A stretch of DNA of 37,389 bases from Chiloscyllium plagiosum (lineage: Eukaryota), in NCBI RefSeq assembly GCF_004010195.1, contig NC_057749.1:20662385-20699773 (forward strand). The letters run 5' to 3'. How positions within the stretch are numbered: the stretch's first letter is position 1; every line of letters starts with the position of its first letter. The notes under the pieces were generated by a model. It was not told the origin of the DNA and searched no databases. It worked only from the letters and a program-made list of their open reading frames with translations. The translations under genes and the position numbers were made by a program. Shown in pieces: positions 22,653 through 34,109 of the stretch.

Positions 22653-24339
22653 AAGAGGCTAGAGAAGAAATTGCGGGAGCCCTGGCTGATGTTTTTGCAT
22701 CTTTGTTAGCTATGGGAGAGGTCCCGGAAGACTAGAGGGTAGTGAATGTTGTGCCCTTATTCAAGAAGGGCTATGAAGAAAAATATGGCAACTATAGACC
22801 AGTAAGCTTAATATCTGTGGTAGGTAAGTTACTTGAGAAGATACTGAGGGATCAGATGTACATGCATTTGTAAAGACAGGGTTTGATTAGGAGCAGTCAG
22901 CATAGCTTTGTGCGTAGGAGATCATGACTCACAAATTTAGTAGAGTTCTTTGATGAAGTGACCAGGAAGGTTGATGAGAGGAGGGTGATAGACATAGTTT
23001 ATATGGATTTCATAAGGCCTTTGAGAAGGTTCCACATGGCAGGTTGCTCTGGAAGGTTAGATTGCATGGAATCCGGGGGTAGCTGGCAAATCGAATACAC
23101 AATTGTCTTGACGGTAGGAAGCAGAGGGTAATAGTGGAAGGATGCTTGTCGGACTGGAGATCTGTGACTGGTGGTGAACATCAGGGGTTGGTACTAGGCT
23201 CATTGCTGTTTGTTATCTATATCAATGATTTGGATGAGAATGTACAAGGCATGATTAGTAAGTTTGCAGCTGACACTAAAATAGGCGATATCGTGCACAG
23301 TGAGGAAGGTGAACAGAAATTGCAGCAGGACCATGATCAGCTGAGGAACTGGGCAGAGAAATGGCAAATGGAGTTTAATATAGATAAGTGTAAGGTCTTG
23401 CATTTTGGAAAGTCAAATTAAGGTAGGAATTTCATGGTGAATGATAGGGCCTTAAGGAGTGTAGTGGAACAGAAGGACCTTGGACCTTCAGGTGCATAGT
23501 TCTCTGAAAGTGAAGTCACAGGTAGACAGGGCAGTGCAGAAGGCTTTTGACACATTGCCCTTCATCAGTCAAGGCACTGAGTATAGAAGTTGGGAAATTA
23601 TGTTGCAGTTATACAGGATGTTGGTGAGGCTGCACTTGAAATATTGAATTCAGTTTTGGTCACCTTGATATAGGAAGGATGTTATTAAACTGGAAAGAGA
23701 GCAGAAAAAAATTACAAGGATGTTGCCGGGACTCAAGGGCCTGAGTTATAGGGAGAGGTTGGACAAGCTAGGACTCTTTTATTTAGTGCTTTGGAGACTA
23801 AGGGGGGATCTTTTGGAAGTGTATAAGACCCTGAGAGGCACACATAGGGCCAATGCACTCAGTCTTTTTTCTGGGTTTGGGGAATTGAGGACTACAGTGC
23901 ATCAGTTTAAGGTTAGAAGGGAAAGAACAAAAGGGAACCTGAAGGACAACTTTTTTTTAAAACATAGGGTGGTACGCATGTGGAATGAGTTGTCAACAGA
24001 TATGGTTGAGGCAGATGCATTAAAAGGCATTTGGACAAATACACGGATAGGAAAGGTTTAGAAGGATATAGGCCAAGTGCAGGGAAATGGGGTTAACGTG
24101 GACTGGTCAGAATGGACCAGTTTGGCCCAAAGGGCTCGACTCTGTGCTCTATGACTCTAAAATACGATCCACTCCAATTAGAATTGCTCTGGACTCTTAC
24201 ACTGCAATATTTTAAACTGTGAACAATGTATGGCCAAATCTGCTGGATATAATCATTTAAGAGCAGGAATAACTGCTTTTAAAGAAATAAAAGTCAGGGT
24301 TGTTTTGATTTTGTGTACGCATCGATAAAAGTGCATTAA

Positions 24340-24461
24340 AAACCGAAAGAACCGAAAATCAGTAATAAAAACAGAATTTGGTGGAAAAGCTCAGCAGGTC
24401 TGGCAGTGTCCATGAATAGACATCAGAATTAACGTTTTGGACCTGGTGACCCTTCCTCAGA
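24340..24461 (-). mobile_element. Penelope terminal cassette with hammerhead motif
   Basis: The minus strand reads CTGAGGA-agggtcaccaggtcc-AAAACGTTAATT...CCAGACCTGCTGAGCTTTTCCACC. Confidence 0.75.
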
Positions 24462-24586
24462 TAAAAATGCATTATCTAAACTGGATGTCACTATATATTC
24501 CTTTAATATTATTTCTCTCCAGTGGAAATGGGATCCCATGTAGCCTACATTTCATGCTGGTTTTTAACAAAGTATACTAGAAATAT

Positions 24587-24800
24587 GGAGAAAGTGAGGA
24601 CTGCAGATGCTGGAGATCAGAGTCGAGTGTGTGGTGGTGCAAAAGCACAAGTCAGGCAGCAGCCAAGAAGTAGGAGAATCGACGTTTTGCACATAAGCCC
24701 TTCATTCCTGATGAAGGGCTTATACCTTGAAACGTCAATTCTCCTGGTCTTCGGATGCTGCCTGACCTGCTGTGCTTTTCCAGCACCACACTCTCGACTC
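24587..24800. mobile_element. Palindromic (head-to-head) Penelope terminal-repeat insertion with hammerhead core and TSD
   Basis: Inverted arms 24620-24705 and 24711-24800. Plus-strand CTGATGA (24708-24714) and GAAACGTC (24729-24736). TSD TA(T/C)ACTAGAAATAT at 24573-24586 and 24801-24814. Confidence 0.9.
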
Positions 24801-25303
24801 TACACTAGAAATATAGCTGGTCCACAACTTTTCTACACAATGCATTACAACAGCTGGGCTGATAAGACAATAGAGCACTATATAAAAGCAATTTATTTAT
24901 TTTAGAAAATGTGATTTTTGTAGCAGGTCTCTCCCACCAAATTCTGGGAAACTATAATAGCAAATGTTTCAGCTTCCTTAATTAGCCATGTTTACTAAGC
25001 TCATGTGAGTGCCAAAGTTGTTATGCAAATAATTGCAAGTGGGCATGAGGAACAACATCTACAATTATATCCAATAATTAATTGTAAAATGAATTTGAAT
25101 TATAAAGTTAGGAGGAAACTGAAGATTTGGGGCATGGCTAGCTCAAAACCCATGTGACATTTTTCACCTGCATGTCTAAAGTTGCTATTCAATGTTATCC
25201 CATTAATAATGCGCCCTCCACAACTGAAGAACATTAACAATATACACTACATGGTGTAAAATTAAGAATGAAACCTTCCTAGCAACATTAGAAAGCAGCA
25301 AAT

Positions 25304-25620
25304 TAGATTAGATTATTAGATTTTTTTTTGATTACAGTGTGGAAACAGGCCCTTCAGCCCAACAAGTCCACACCGACCCGCCGAAGCGCAACCCACCCAT
25401 ACCCCTACATTTACCCCTTACCTAACACTACGGGCAATTTAGCACGGCCAATTCACCTGACCTGCACATCTTTGGACTGTGGGAGGAAGCCGGAGCACCC
25501 GGAGGAAACCCACGCAGACACGGGGAGAACGTACAAACTCCACACAGTCAGACGCCTGAGGCGGGAATTGAACCCGGGTCTCCGGTGCTGTGAGGCAGCA
25601 GTGCTAACCACTGTGCCGCC
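25304..25620 (-). mobile_element. Full-length HE1-type (V-SINE) tRNA-derived SINE
   Basis: A box GGCACAGTGGTTAG, B box GGGTTCAATTCCC (25563-25575), V-domain CTGCGTGGGTTTCCTCCGGGTGCTCCGG, CR1-like tail with (CTAAT)n, and a possible TSD CAAAT (25299-25303 and 25621-25625). Confidence 0.92.
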
Positions 25621-25743
25621 CAAATGAATTAAGTGCTCAAATTACTGAAATCCAGGCAAACTTCTCTCAGCTTACCTTCATCAAATTGCTGCTTTTAGTC
25701 TCATCAGCTTTAACTGATAATATTTATACTTATCAGTGAAACA

Positions 25744-26067
25744 TCATAGAATCCTCACAGTGTGGAAGTAGGCCATTCAGCCCATCATATCCACACTGAT
25801 CCTCCAAAGAGCATCCCAGCCAGACTCACTCTCGTATATTATCCCTGTAACCCTGGCTTTTCCATGGTTAATCCACCAAGCCTGCACATCCGTGGATACG
25901 ATGGGCAATTTAGCTTGGCCAATCCGCCTAACCTGCACATCTTTGGACTGCGGGAGGAAACCCACACCGAGATGGGGAGAATATGCAAACTCTACACAGT
26001 CACCGGAGGGTGGAATTGAACCCAGGTACCTGGCGCTGGGTGGCACCAATGCTAACTGCTGAGCCAC
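25744..26067 (-). mobile_element. Older HE1-type SINE variant
   Basis: B box GGGTTCAATTCC, V-domain similarity, a duplicated CCTGCACATC segment and a CR1-like tail. Confidence 0.85.
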
Positions 26068-27229
26068 ACACCATGAAGTAAAATAATTTTGTTAAAAAAG
26101 GAAATGTGTATCTGACATGGATAATTCAATAAAAAATCAATTGTAATGGACCTCTATATGAACCAGTAAGAGTCCTATACAGGGAATATATAATGACCAA
26201 CATGCACCCTTAACTAATCACCACCAGTACTGGAACAATTAAGCTACAAATGATATATCCTATCATCAAGATGTTTACTTATGTTGAGAACACAAGGTAT
26301 TCATATCAGTTTGAGTCATATCTTTAATGATAACAAACGCCATTAGTCACCAACCAGATTTTAAAAAAAATTGTTATGAGCAGCTGACATGTTAAATGTA
26401 ATACTTGGAGGTGTGTAGATATTTCTTCATTAGAAAATAGGTGACAGCAGTCACCAGGGTTCAGAAATTTTCAACAGAACATTAGAGCAGGTAGACAATT
26501 AATTCCATCTTGATAGATTCTTTACCCAGCAACTTTCTGGTCCATTGATTGTTGTGTGGGGAAAGGGAAACTGATTGAGTGATCTGTAGGAAAATGCCAA
26601 ATCTTGGGCAACATCTGTTAGTTCAGTATAGGAATTAAAATGTGATGTGACAGAACTGTATTCGCATAACTTATAGAAAGCCAACATGGTGCAACAATGC
26701 TTTAGGAATTTAGTCAACCTGTAAGATCCACAAAGAATTAAACTATAATTACAACTAATATTCTGCCAAATAAGCATTAGAAATTTAACCATTGTTATTC
26801 AAACTGTAAATTAAATACAAGTTCTTTGCTGAATTTAATTTTCACCTTACAAAAACATTTTTTTAAATTACTGCATGAGCATTTCACAAACAAATGAAAA
26901 TGAAATCAGTCTTCATTTAAATGCTTTCTCTCCAATACGAGATGCATTTTCCAAAAGCATTTACTGTGTCATCCACACTGCAGTATTCCTCTCAAATGAT
27001 CAATTTTCATGCAAGCCAACAATGAGAGTTGGTAGGTTATTCACTAAAGGCATAAAGCGAGATCAATTCTGCCTTTATTTACTGTCCATATGGTGTGCAT
27101 GTAGCCTTTATCGGATCTTTGAACAGTGATCAAGAGCAAATTTTGTCCTCTGCAGACCTAATGGCAGCATGGTTACACTATCCGAGGTGAGATCAGTTAA
27201 CTCAGCAAACCAAAGTTCTTGGTCCAATT

Positions 27230-27552
27230 ATCTTTGAATGCTTCATGCAAGTCCTTCCTCCACCACAAAGTCAGAAATGGGGATGTTTGCCGATGATTGT
27301 ACTACATTCAGCACCATTTGCGACTCCTCAGATGTTGAAGCAGTTCGTGTTCAAATGTAACAAAATTTGGACAATATCCAATTTTGGGCTGACAAGTGGC
27401 ACTAAACAGTTGTGCCACACAAAAGCCAGGCAATGACCATCTCCAATAACAGACAATCTAACCACCGCCCCATGACATGCAATGGTGTTGCCATCATTGA
27501 ACCCTCCTATACCAACATCCTCGGCGGTTACCACTGACCAGAAACTCAAGTG
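27230..27552 (+). mobile_element. RT segment of the second LINE family (left half of a split copy)
   Basis: SEMGMFADDCTTFSTICDSS..LDNIQFWADKW...KSQAMTISN..TNILGG..DQKL. Confidence 0.85.
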
Positions 27553-27554
27553 TA

Positions 27555-28490
27555 CATAGAACATAGAAGAATACAGCGCAGTACAGGCCCTTCGGCCCTC
27601 GATGTTGCGCCGATCCAAGCCCACCTAACCTACACTAGCCCACTGTCCTCCATATGCCTATCCAATGCCCGCTTAAATGCCCATAATGAGGGAGAGTCCA
27701 CCACTGCTACTGGCAGGGCATTCCATGAACTCACAACTCGCTGAGTAAAGAACCTACCCCTAACATCTGTCCTATGCCTACCTCCCCTTAATTTAAAGCT
27801 ATGCTCCCTTGTAATAGCTGACTCCATATGTGGAAAAAGATTCTCACTGTCGACCCTATCTAAACCCCTAATCATCTTGTACACCTCTATCAAGTCACCC
27901 CTAAACCTTCTTTTCTCCAATGAAAACAACCCCAAGTGCCTCAGCCTTTCCTCATACGATCTTCCTACCAGACCAGGCAACATCCTGGTAACCCTCCTCT
28001 GCACCCGTTCCAGTGCCTCCACATCCTTCCTATAGTATGGCAACCAAAACTGCACACAATACTCCAGATGCGGCCGCACCAGAGTCTTATACAACTGCAA
28101 CATGACCTCAGTACTCCAGAACTCAATTCCTCTACCAATAAAAGCCAGTACGCCATATGCCGCCTTAACAACCCTATCAACCTGGGTGGCAACTTTCAGG
28201 GATCAATGTACATGAGCACTCCGATCTCTCTGCTCATCTACACTACCAAGAATCTTACCATTAGCCCAGTTTTCTGGATTCCTGTTGCTCCTTCCAAAGT
28301 GAATCACCTCTCACTTTTCCACATTAAATTCCATTTGCTACCCCTCAGCGCAGCTCTGCAGCTTATCCATTTCTATCTGTAACCTGCAACATCCTTCGGC
28401 TCTATTCGCAACTCCACTGATCTTCGTGTCATCCGCAAATTTACTGACCCATCCTTCTAAGCCCTTATCTAGGTCATTTATAAAAATGAT
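27555..28490 (-). mobile_element. Relatively young 5'-truncated CR1
   Basis: IFINDLDKGLEGWVSKFADDTK and an intact 157-aa C-terminal ORF (27630-28103), with a CATAGAA repeat tail. Confidence 0.95.
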
Positions 28491-28559
28491 ATCATTTGCA
28501 AAATGTTTTTTTATGGAGTTAGCAAATTGGTAATTCATCAATTTTTTTTTTTCAGCTTG

Positions 28560-29150
28560 CATCTTCTACATTATACTATTATCTAAACAGTTTTGTCAGC
28601 AACTGTAATTAGAATATTTCAGTAGTTTTCTCAATTTCTTTGAGTATATTAAAAAGACCCTTGTTTACATGCCCTTCAAACATCCATAAACACTACACCC
28701 ATAGGTTTTCCATTATCTAATGTTCTGGCTATATCTTTAAAAAGGACTTAATACATTTGCAAAGCGTAGTTTTTCCTTTCACCAACCATGCTGCACATCC
28801 ATAACCATTTGTCAAATATGCTTGCACTTGCGTAATGTGATTAGGTAGAGCCAATATAATTTGATTTGAGTTTACGAAGTCCCTATTCTAGTATTTTTTT
28901 CCATTACTGAACTCGGGTTCATGGTGTGCTTACGTTTCATCCTCCTCCTTAAATAAGTGTTGCATTTATTCCTTGCCTCATAGAGGGTTGCGGTGAATCT
29001 CGTGAATTCTGTTAGCTAAGAACCAGTGCAGCCACTGGCTCTGCAGCCATCTTTTTAAAAATCCTAAAATGTAGGCTATCAAATAGAGGGCTTTGTCAAT
29101 GTTTAGATCCAGTTGATTTCTCCAGAATTTTATCTTCACTTTGGTGTTCC
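28560..29150 (-). mobile_element. Ancient CR1 RT fragment
   Basis: Minus-strand remnants of QHGxVKG (28775-28793) and DNGKPMGVVFMD (~28682-28717), plus a KSPGPDG-like region at ~29060-29100. Confidence 0.55.
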
Positions 29151-29321
29151 TTACCCTCATCGTATTTGCAGTATTTTTTGTGCGCTTCATTAAATTTCAG
29201 AAAGCTAAATAATGGATAGAACTAGGGTTGATGTTTGCGCACTTTTGATAGTTATTTGCAGAATTACACATTAAGGCATGTACCCCCCTAATGTTCACTG
29301 TTTGAGTCTGTTGATTCATTG

Positions 29322-29924
29322 ACATACAGCGGTAAAGCGGTAGATGTGGTGTATATGGATTTTAGTAAGGCGTTTGATAAGGTTCCCCATGGTAGGCTAC
29401 TGCAAAAAATACAGAGGTATGGCATTGAGGGAGAGTTGGAGGTTTGGATTAGGAATTGGCTGGCTGGAAGAAGACAGAGGGTAGTAGTTGATGGTAAAGG
29501 TTCATCTTGGAGCGAAGTTACTAGCGGTGTTCCGCAAGGATCTGTTTTGGGACCATTGCTGTTTGTCATTTTTATAAATGACCTGGAGGAGGGGTTAGAA
29601 GGTTGGGAGAGCAAGTTTGCGGATGATACGAAAGTCGGAGGAGTTGTAGACAGTGAAGGAGGATGTGGCAGGTTACAGCGGGATATAGATAAGCTGCAAA
29701 GCTGGGCAGAAAGTTGGCAAATGGAATTCAATGTAGCTAAATGTGAGGTGATTCACTTTGGGAAGAATAACAAAAAGATGGGGTACTGGGCTAATGGTCG
29801 GATACTTGGTAGTGTGGATGAGCAGAGGGATCTTGGTGTCCATGTACACAGATCTCTGAAAGTTGCCACCCAGGTAAATAGTGCGGTGAGGAAGGCATAT
29901 GGCGTACTGGCTTTTATTGGCAGA
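29322..29924 (+). mobile_element. Young CR1 RT domain, open up to the gap
   Basis: About 200 uninterrupted codons: AVDVVYMDFSKAFDKVPH..SGVPQGSVLGPLLFVIFINDL..KFADDTK. Confidence 0.95.
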
Positions 29925-30417
29925 NNNNNNNNNNNNNNNNNNNNNNNNNNNNNNNNNNNNNNNNNNNNNNNNNNNNNNNNNNNNNNNNNNNNNNNNNNNN
30001 NNNNNNNNNNNNNNNNNNNNNNNNNNNNNNNNNNNNNNNNNNNNNNNNNNNNNNNNNNNNNNNNNNNNNNNNNNNNNNNNNNNNNNNNNNNNNNNNNNNN
30101 NNNNNNNNNNNNNNNNNNNNNNNNNNNNNNNNNNNNNNNNNNNNNNNNNNNNNNNNNNNNNNNNNNNNNNNNNNNNNNNNNNNNNNNNNNNNNNNNNNNN
30201 NNNNNNNNNNNNNNNNNNNNNNNNNNNNNNNNNNNNNNNNNNNNNNNNNNNNNNNNNNNNNNNNNNNNNNNNNNNNNNNNNNNNNNNNNNNNNNNNNNNN
30301 NNNNNNNNNNNNNNNNNNNNNNNNNNNNNNNNNNNNNNNNNNNNNNNNNNNNNNNNNNNNNNNNNNNNNNNNNNNNNNNNNNNNNNNNNNNNNNNNNNNN
30401 NNNNNNNNNNNNNNNNN
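29925..30417. other. Assembly gap (N run)
   Basis: Run of Ns. Confidence 1.
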
Positions 30418-30519
30418 GGAGGCCTGTAAAAAACTCCTAACAGGGTGAGCTCACCTTTCCTATTCGTAACCTCAGCCCAAACTACCTCAGATGGCGAGTC
30501 TTCATCCATCGTCCTTTCC
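30418..30519 (-). mobile_element. CR1 endonuclease fragment
   Basis: SEVVWAEVTNRKGELTLLGVFYRP. Confidence 0.85.
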
Positions 30520-31370
30520 ACATACCTGCACAAAAGCAGGTCAGAGGCCAGGAATACTGTAGTGAGTAACTTGCCTTCTGACTCCTCAAAACCTGTCCAC
30601 TATCTATAAGACACAAGTCAGGAGTGTGATGGAATACTCCCCACTTGCCTGGATGGGTGTAAGCTTCAGCAACACTCAATACGCTTGACACCATCCAGGA
30701 CAAAGCAGCTGCTTTACTGGCATGACATTCACAAGCATTCACAGCTTCCACTAACGATGCTTAGTAACAGTAGTATGTACTATTTACAAAATGAACACAC
30801 AACATTACAGCGCAGTACAGGCCCTTTGGCTCTTGATGTTGCGCCAACCTGTGAATCCAATCTGCAGGCCATCTAACCTCCCATTATTCCATTTTTGTCC
30901 ATATGCCTGTCTAATGGCATTTGAATACACAAAGTTGGCGAGTCTACTACTATCGCAGAGTGCGTTCCACGCCCCTACTACTCTCTCAGTAAAGAAACTA
31001 CCTCTGACATCTGTACTATATCTATCAAATGCACAGCAGGAATTCACCAAATATCCTTAGGCAGCATCTTCCAAACCCACGACTATTTCCATCCAGAAAG
31101 ACAAGGACAGCAGGTACATGGGAACACCACTACTAGCAAGGACCCCTCCAAGTCATTCACTATCCTGATTTGGAAATATACCGTCGTTCCTTCTCTGTCG
31201 CTGGGTCAAAATCCTGGAATTCCCTCCCTAAGGGCATTTTGGGTCTACCTACAGCACATGGATTGCAGAGGTTCAAGAGGGTGATCACCACCACCGTTTC
31301 AATTGCATATACAGATGGGCAATAAATGCTGGTCAGCCAGAGATGACAACGTCCCACATGAATTTAAAAA
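30520..31370 (+). mobile_element. 3' half of the second LINE family copy
   Basis: KAGQRPGIL..LSTIYKTQVRSVMEYSPLAWMG..LDTIQDKAA, then KSWNSLP and tail GGGCAATAAATGCTGG..GTCCCACATGAATTTAAAAA. Confidence 0.85.
30794..31026 (-). mobile_element. Short CR1 3' fragment nested in the LINE
   Basis: DVRGSFFTERVVGAWNAL plus tail, with TSD AAATG (30789-30793 and 31027-31031). Confidence 0.88.
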
Positions 31371-31734
31371 CATGGCTCCCTGCTGGTGTTTCTGGCTCGA
31401 TACCTGTTTAACAAACATACTGCCCTGAGATGGCAAACAGAGTTGTGCACAAATAATTTCTTGACTGAAAGAATTTAGAGGAAATTTTAAATAATCCACT
31501 AATTTGCATTTTAACGGTTTTATACAGAAAAAAGTGTCTGTAGTATTTGCATCTTAACTGCACTGTACAGAAATAACTCACGATTGAATATTTTTCTAAA
31601 GTTGTGCTCAAGCATGGGTTATCTTTGGAATTTGCAGAGAAGAATGAATACTGTGCTGAAAACAGCATAGTGTTTTACTGAATTAAGGTCAGATTTACAA
31701 ATGCTTTGCTGCCAAACAGGGAAGTATCACTGAG

Positions 31735-32090
31735 GAGCACAGGAATGGTGTAGACCATTTAGCTGCTTGAAATCATTTCACTGAGTGAAATCACGGTTGA
31801 TTTATGACTAACTTCATCTATCTGCACTTTTCCCAGTATCATTCAATATCTTTGGCTATCAAAAATCACCTTGATTTCAAAAGTAACAGTGGATCTAGCA
31901 TCAATTGCAATTTGCGGAATTTTAAATTTCTATCTTTTTAAAATGACTGTGTCTAAGTTTTAGACTATGCCCCAAGTCCAAGACTCCTCAGCCAGTAGCA
32001 AAAGTTTCTAACCAGAGCTATGTATACCTGCTGCCCCACGTATTCTCGCCCTCCAGATACAAAGGCCAACAGCATTTCATGAAGCTTTTT
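31735..32090 (-). mobile_element. Ancient CR1 3' fragment
   Basis: Degenerate CR1 tail (GTAGACCATTTAGC..) and TTTTAGACTATGCCCCAAGTCCAAGACTCC. Confidence 0.5.
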
Positions 32091-33129
32091 TACCTCCTAA
32101 GTTGTCAACAGCCCAGTAAAATGATTTGTTACTGAGTTCCAGTTGTTCTTTAGATGTGTGGCAGTAATAGGTTTGGAATCATTGGAAAAGCTACAACGAT
32201 CATTTAATTCCACTAAATAGGCTTGACTTTTTCCACTGAGAATTATTTCAGGTTGAATGTCATGGCATATAAAGTTGATTTGACTGTTAAAAATGGCATT
32301 CATGCATGCTGTACAAAATAGTTGAATGGAAACACAATGTCAGTAACAACATTTCTCAGGAAGTGAGTGAGCAAGCATTTGAACTGCACACCCACACAAA
32401 TAAGCTACTCCCTCCAACTCAGTCCACATTTTTACAAGAGTCCCACAGATTTCTCAGAAAGAGAGTCTCATCCTATAGACAGATACCAGCCCACAAATAT
32501 CTGGGAGTGTCTCCAGACAAAAAAGGCATCCCCTTCAGTGCAATATTTGGCTTTCATTTACTATACTGCAACACAAATACCCCTTCATTAAATCAACATA
32601 ACTGTCAGTGTATAACAAGATAATTTTGTCCTATCTTCATCATATTGAAGGAAATGACCTTTGCTTGGAAACGTAATTGCAGTTGCTGATGAAATATTTT
32701 ATCAAAAACTACCATTTTTGACATGGCCATCATTAGATATTTCCAGGCAGTGCAAAGTAAATGAATAGGAGGTCATGATAGGATCCGACTCCATGCTTCC
32801 CACATTCCAGATACTGGTAATCTGGAGATGGAGGGAGTAGGCAATAAGCCAAAAAGTATGCTACCCTGCTACTGTGGAATGGAGGGGGCAGTCAAGGGAA
32901 ACACATCCAGTAGCTTTAGAACGAAGTCTAGGAGTAGGTTTCCTGGCTGAGGTTTTAGCCACATGATGCACACAGGCAAGAAACACTGGAAACAGGACCA
33001 GGCCATTCTGCCCCTCAAATCTGTGCTGTGATTAAACTAGATTATGGTTGATTTTCCACAGTACTGCCATCAGTTGTGGGGAGCATGCAAGAAGCTGTTA
33101 TAAGGAATGCACACTTAGAAAACAATATA

Positions 33130-33295
33130 CAGAACTGCAGATACTGAAAGTGTAAAATAAACAGAGACTGCTGGATAAACTGAGCTGGTTTAGCAACATC
33201 TGTGATGAGAAAGCAGAGTTAATGTTTTGAGTTTTGTGAATCTTCTTCAGAACTGGAAGGAGGTTTGTTCTGAAGAACGGTCAGTATACTTAGAA
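33130..33295. mobile_element. Decayed Penelope cassette with two divergent hammerhead cores
   Basis: TTCTTCAGAAC (33243-33253) and GTTCTGAAGAA (33267-33277) are inverted copies, and the left arm carries the full cassette on the minus strand. Confidence 0.6.
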
Positions 33296-33369
33296 AATAA
33301 TGGCAAAATTGGGCAGAGACACGATGGAAGGGAATGTTTGTTTTAAAGCTTTTTTTGTGGATGCAATTA

Positions 33370-34018
33370 ACAGAATTGACAAAGTGGATATTGTTTTTGT
33401 GAATTTTTCAAAGGTTTTTGATAAAATTTCATGCAGATCAGTTAAACAAAGTTATGGAACATGGGATTGGGAGTAATATGCTGGATGGATTGAAAATTGG
33501 TAAACAGATAGAAACAGACTGGAAATAAACAGATCATGCTCCAGTTAGAGGCTGTGAATACTAGTGTCACCAATAGGATCAGTGCTTAGACTCAGTATTT
33601 ACAATCTTTATAAATTATTTGGATTTGGGAACTAAATGCAACATGCCCAGATTTTCTGACAGCATCAAACTAAGTGGGAATGTGAGTTGTAAGGAGGAAA
33701 GCAAAGAGGTTTTCAAGGGATTTAGACAGGTTAAGTAAGTGGGCAGAACATGACAGGGAACATGGTATGTGAAGCTGCTCACTTTAGTAAGAAAACAAAA
33801 TGGGAGTATTTCTGAAATGATGAGAGATTGGCAAGTGTGGATGTCCAAAGGGATGAAAGTGCCCTTGCTCATGACACACTGATAGCTAAAATGAAGGTGC
33901 AGCAATCAGTTAGGAGGGCAAATGGCATGTTGGCTTTTATTGTAATAAGGGTTGAATTTGGGAAGAAAGAAATCTTGTTGAAGTTGTTTAGAAATTGGTG
34001 AGACTGCACCTGGAGAAT
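33370..34018 (+). mobile_element. Ancient CR1 RT fragment
   Basis: VDIVFVNFSKVFDKI, SVxxGSVL, ANGMLAFI and LVRLHLE remnants. Confidence 0.75.
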
Positions 34019-34109
34019 AAAGGGGAACTAATTATCCTAAAGAAACTAGAGTGAACACAATTATAAATAAAGGAAGAAAAAAAGTAGAAATTTAATTACA
34101 TATTTATTA

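Larger units (their letters stand above)
20050..24159 (+). mobile_element. Near-complete decayed CR1 ORF2 (endonuclease + RT + tail) carrying two nested insertions
   Basis: LNCI*FNA|RGLTGKADE endonuclease start split by a PLE; WDIIAIKETW; GDFNFPNINW; NVVPLFKKG; YINDLDENVQGMISKFAADTK; tail CTCTATGACTCTA. Confidence 0.93.

Noticed and set aside
25540..25620. tRNA gene
   Set aside because: The A and B boxes belong to a SINE head followed by a V-domain and LINE-like tail; no complete cloverleaf is evident.
26529..26717. Minus-strand exon candidate within the 97-aa ORF
   Set aside because: Unrecognised peptide and a mediocre donor; consistent with chance.
29319..30533. Long ORFs of 373, 286 and 176 aa
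   Set aside because: Their length is inflated by the N gap; the real parts are CR1 fragments.
32306..32623. 105-aa plus-strand ORF
   Set aside because: No recognisable homology or coding-like features.
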